From Fidelibacterota bacterium (GTDB lineage: Bacteria > Fidelibacterota > UBA2242), in contig JAQUKI010000001.1 in the NCBI GenBank assembly GCA_028719225.1, positions 1-43,419 on the forward strand: a DNA stretch of 43,419 nucleotides, in the 5' to 3' direction. This document shows positions 42,974-43,419 of this stretch, piece by piece; the first letter of the stretch is position 1, and every line of letters begins with the position of its first letter. The notes under the pieces were generated by a model, which searched no databases, was not told the origin of the DNA, and saw only the letters and a list, made by a program, of their open reading frames with translations. Position numbers and translations under genes: made by a program.

Positions 42974-43419
42974 TGAAAAAAAAATTATACCTGATAACAA
43001 TTCTGTTATTCGTCGCCTCCGCGTTGAACGCGCAGGCATTTCGGCTTTCCAAACCTTCGCTGATCGACAACAATCGCACTTATTCCGGATTGTCGGGAAA
43101 CGCCGTCACACAAATCGAATCGCATGGCGACTCGATCCTGTGGTTTGCGACCGGCGGCGGATTGAGCCGATCGAGCGATTTCGGGCAAACTTTCGTCAGT
43201 TATTATCCGATTCCGGACAGCATTCCCAAAGGTGGAATTTCATCGATCGCCACATTGGATTCCATCATCTGGATCGCCGGCGTATTCGATTCAACGACCG
43301 AAATCGGCTCCTACCAGACCGGCGGCGGACTCGCTTTTTCGAAAGATTTCGGACTGAACTGGACATTCGTTCCACAACCAATAGACTCGGTGGGCAATAA
43401 AAATGAGAAATATGAATAT
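42973..43419 (+). CDS. Secreted beta-propeller-like protein; 3' end cut by the window edge.
   Basis: Absent from the ORF track because it is open-ended. My own read from ATG 42973 (TAATG overlap) gives MKKKLYLITILLFVASALNA|QAFRL...ILWFATGGGLSRSSDFGQTF...IWIAGVF...GGGLAFSKDFGLNWTF, a propeller-blade style, open to the window end. It displaces the Arg-rich 210-aa ORF in another frame. Confidence 0.6.
   Translation, partial: MKKKLYLITILLFVASALNAQAFRLSKPSLIDNNRTYSGLSGNAVTQIESHGDSILWFATGGGLSRSSDFGQTFVSYYPIPDSIPKGGISSIATLDSIIWIAGVFDSTTEIGSYQTGGGLAFSKDFGLNWTFVPQPIDSVGNKNEKYEY

Noticed and set aside
42768-43400. 210-aa ORF on the plus strand from the ORF track.
   Set aside because: Its composition is Arg/His/Ser-rich and not protein-like. 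It overlaps the end of the 355-aa lipoprotein gene and lies out of frame with a much more convincing open-ended ORF from ATG 42973, which has a signal peptide and propeller-like repeats.
1-43419. Search for CRISPR arrays, tRNA or rRNA genes, transposases, integrases, phage genes or defence systems.
   Set aside because: No regularly spaced direct repeats were seen, and no T-loop/acceptor-like GC-rich ~75-nt elements lie in the few gaps over 100 nt. No ORF has recombinase, transposase, nuclease or defence-type motifs. By eye, the window looks like core or accessory chromosomal envelope and metabolism DNA.

Overview
This window is a gene-dense chromosomal fragment of about 35 genes. I found no rRNA, tRNA, CRISPR array, transposase or integrase by eye. 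The gene content points to a bacterium with a type IX secretion system (T9SS) from the Fibrobacteres-Chlorobi-Bacteroidetes (FCB) group. Genes have clear Shine-Dalgarno sites and TTGACA-17-TAnnnT promoters, which suggests a lineage outside Bacteroidetes proper; that is inference. The most striking structure is an outer-membrane gene cassette present twice on the minus strand, at 1-6592 and 19845-28483. Each copy encodes a TonB-dependent-receptor-like barrel with an N-terminal CarboxypepD_reg domain, then an uncharacterised secreted protein with an FN3-like module and a divergent T9SS C-terminal domain (CTD). A PorV/PorQ-like small barrel follows, and then a variable secreted or lipoprotein 'payload' gene. 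No SusD-like gene is present. I propose this is an undescribed T9SS-coupled surface uptake or capture module. The T9SS translocon gene sprA (33789-40130) lies in the same window. It is followed after 1 nt by an M28/glutaminyl-cyclase-like lipoprotein. Six of twelve non-lipoprotein signal peptides in the window are predicted to expose an N-terminal Gln, consistent with the Bacteroidetes 'Q-rule'. Between the two cassettes lies a GntR/FadR-linked cluster of two URO-D/MtaA-like proteins (one fused to a thioredoxin-like CxxC domain), a COG0523 GTPase and a Tat-signal QueG/RdhA-like Fe-S protein. The same interval also holds an ABC-2 exporter with a LolA-like protein, a PadR unit next to a tryptophanase, and a GH20 hexosaminidase broken by a 1-nt frameshift. 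Downstream of cassette 2 are an SGNH esterase, a YtrA-type ABC module, rdgB, prmA and further secreted proteins.
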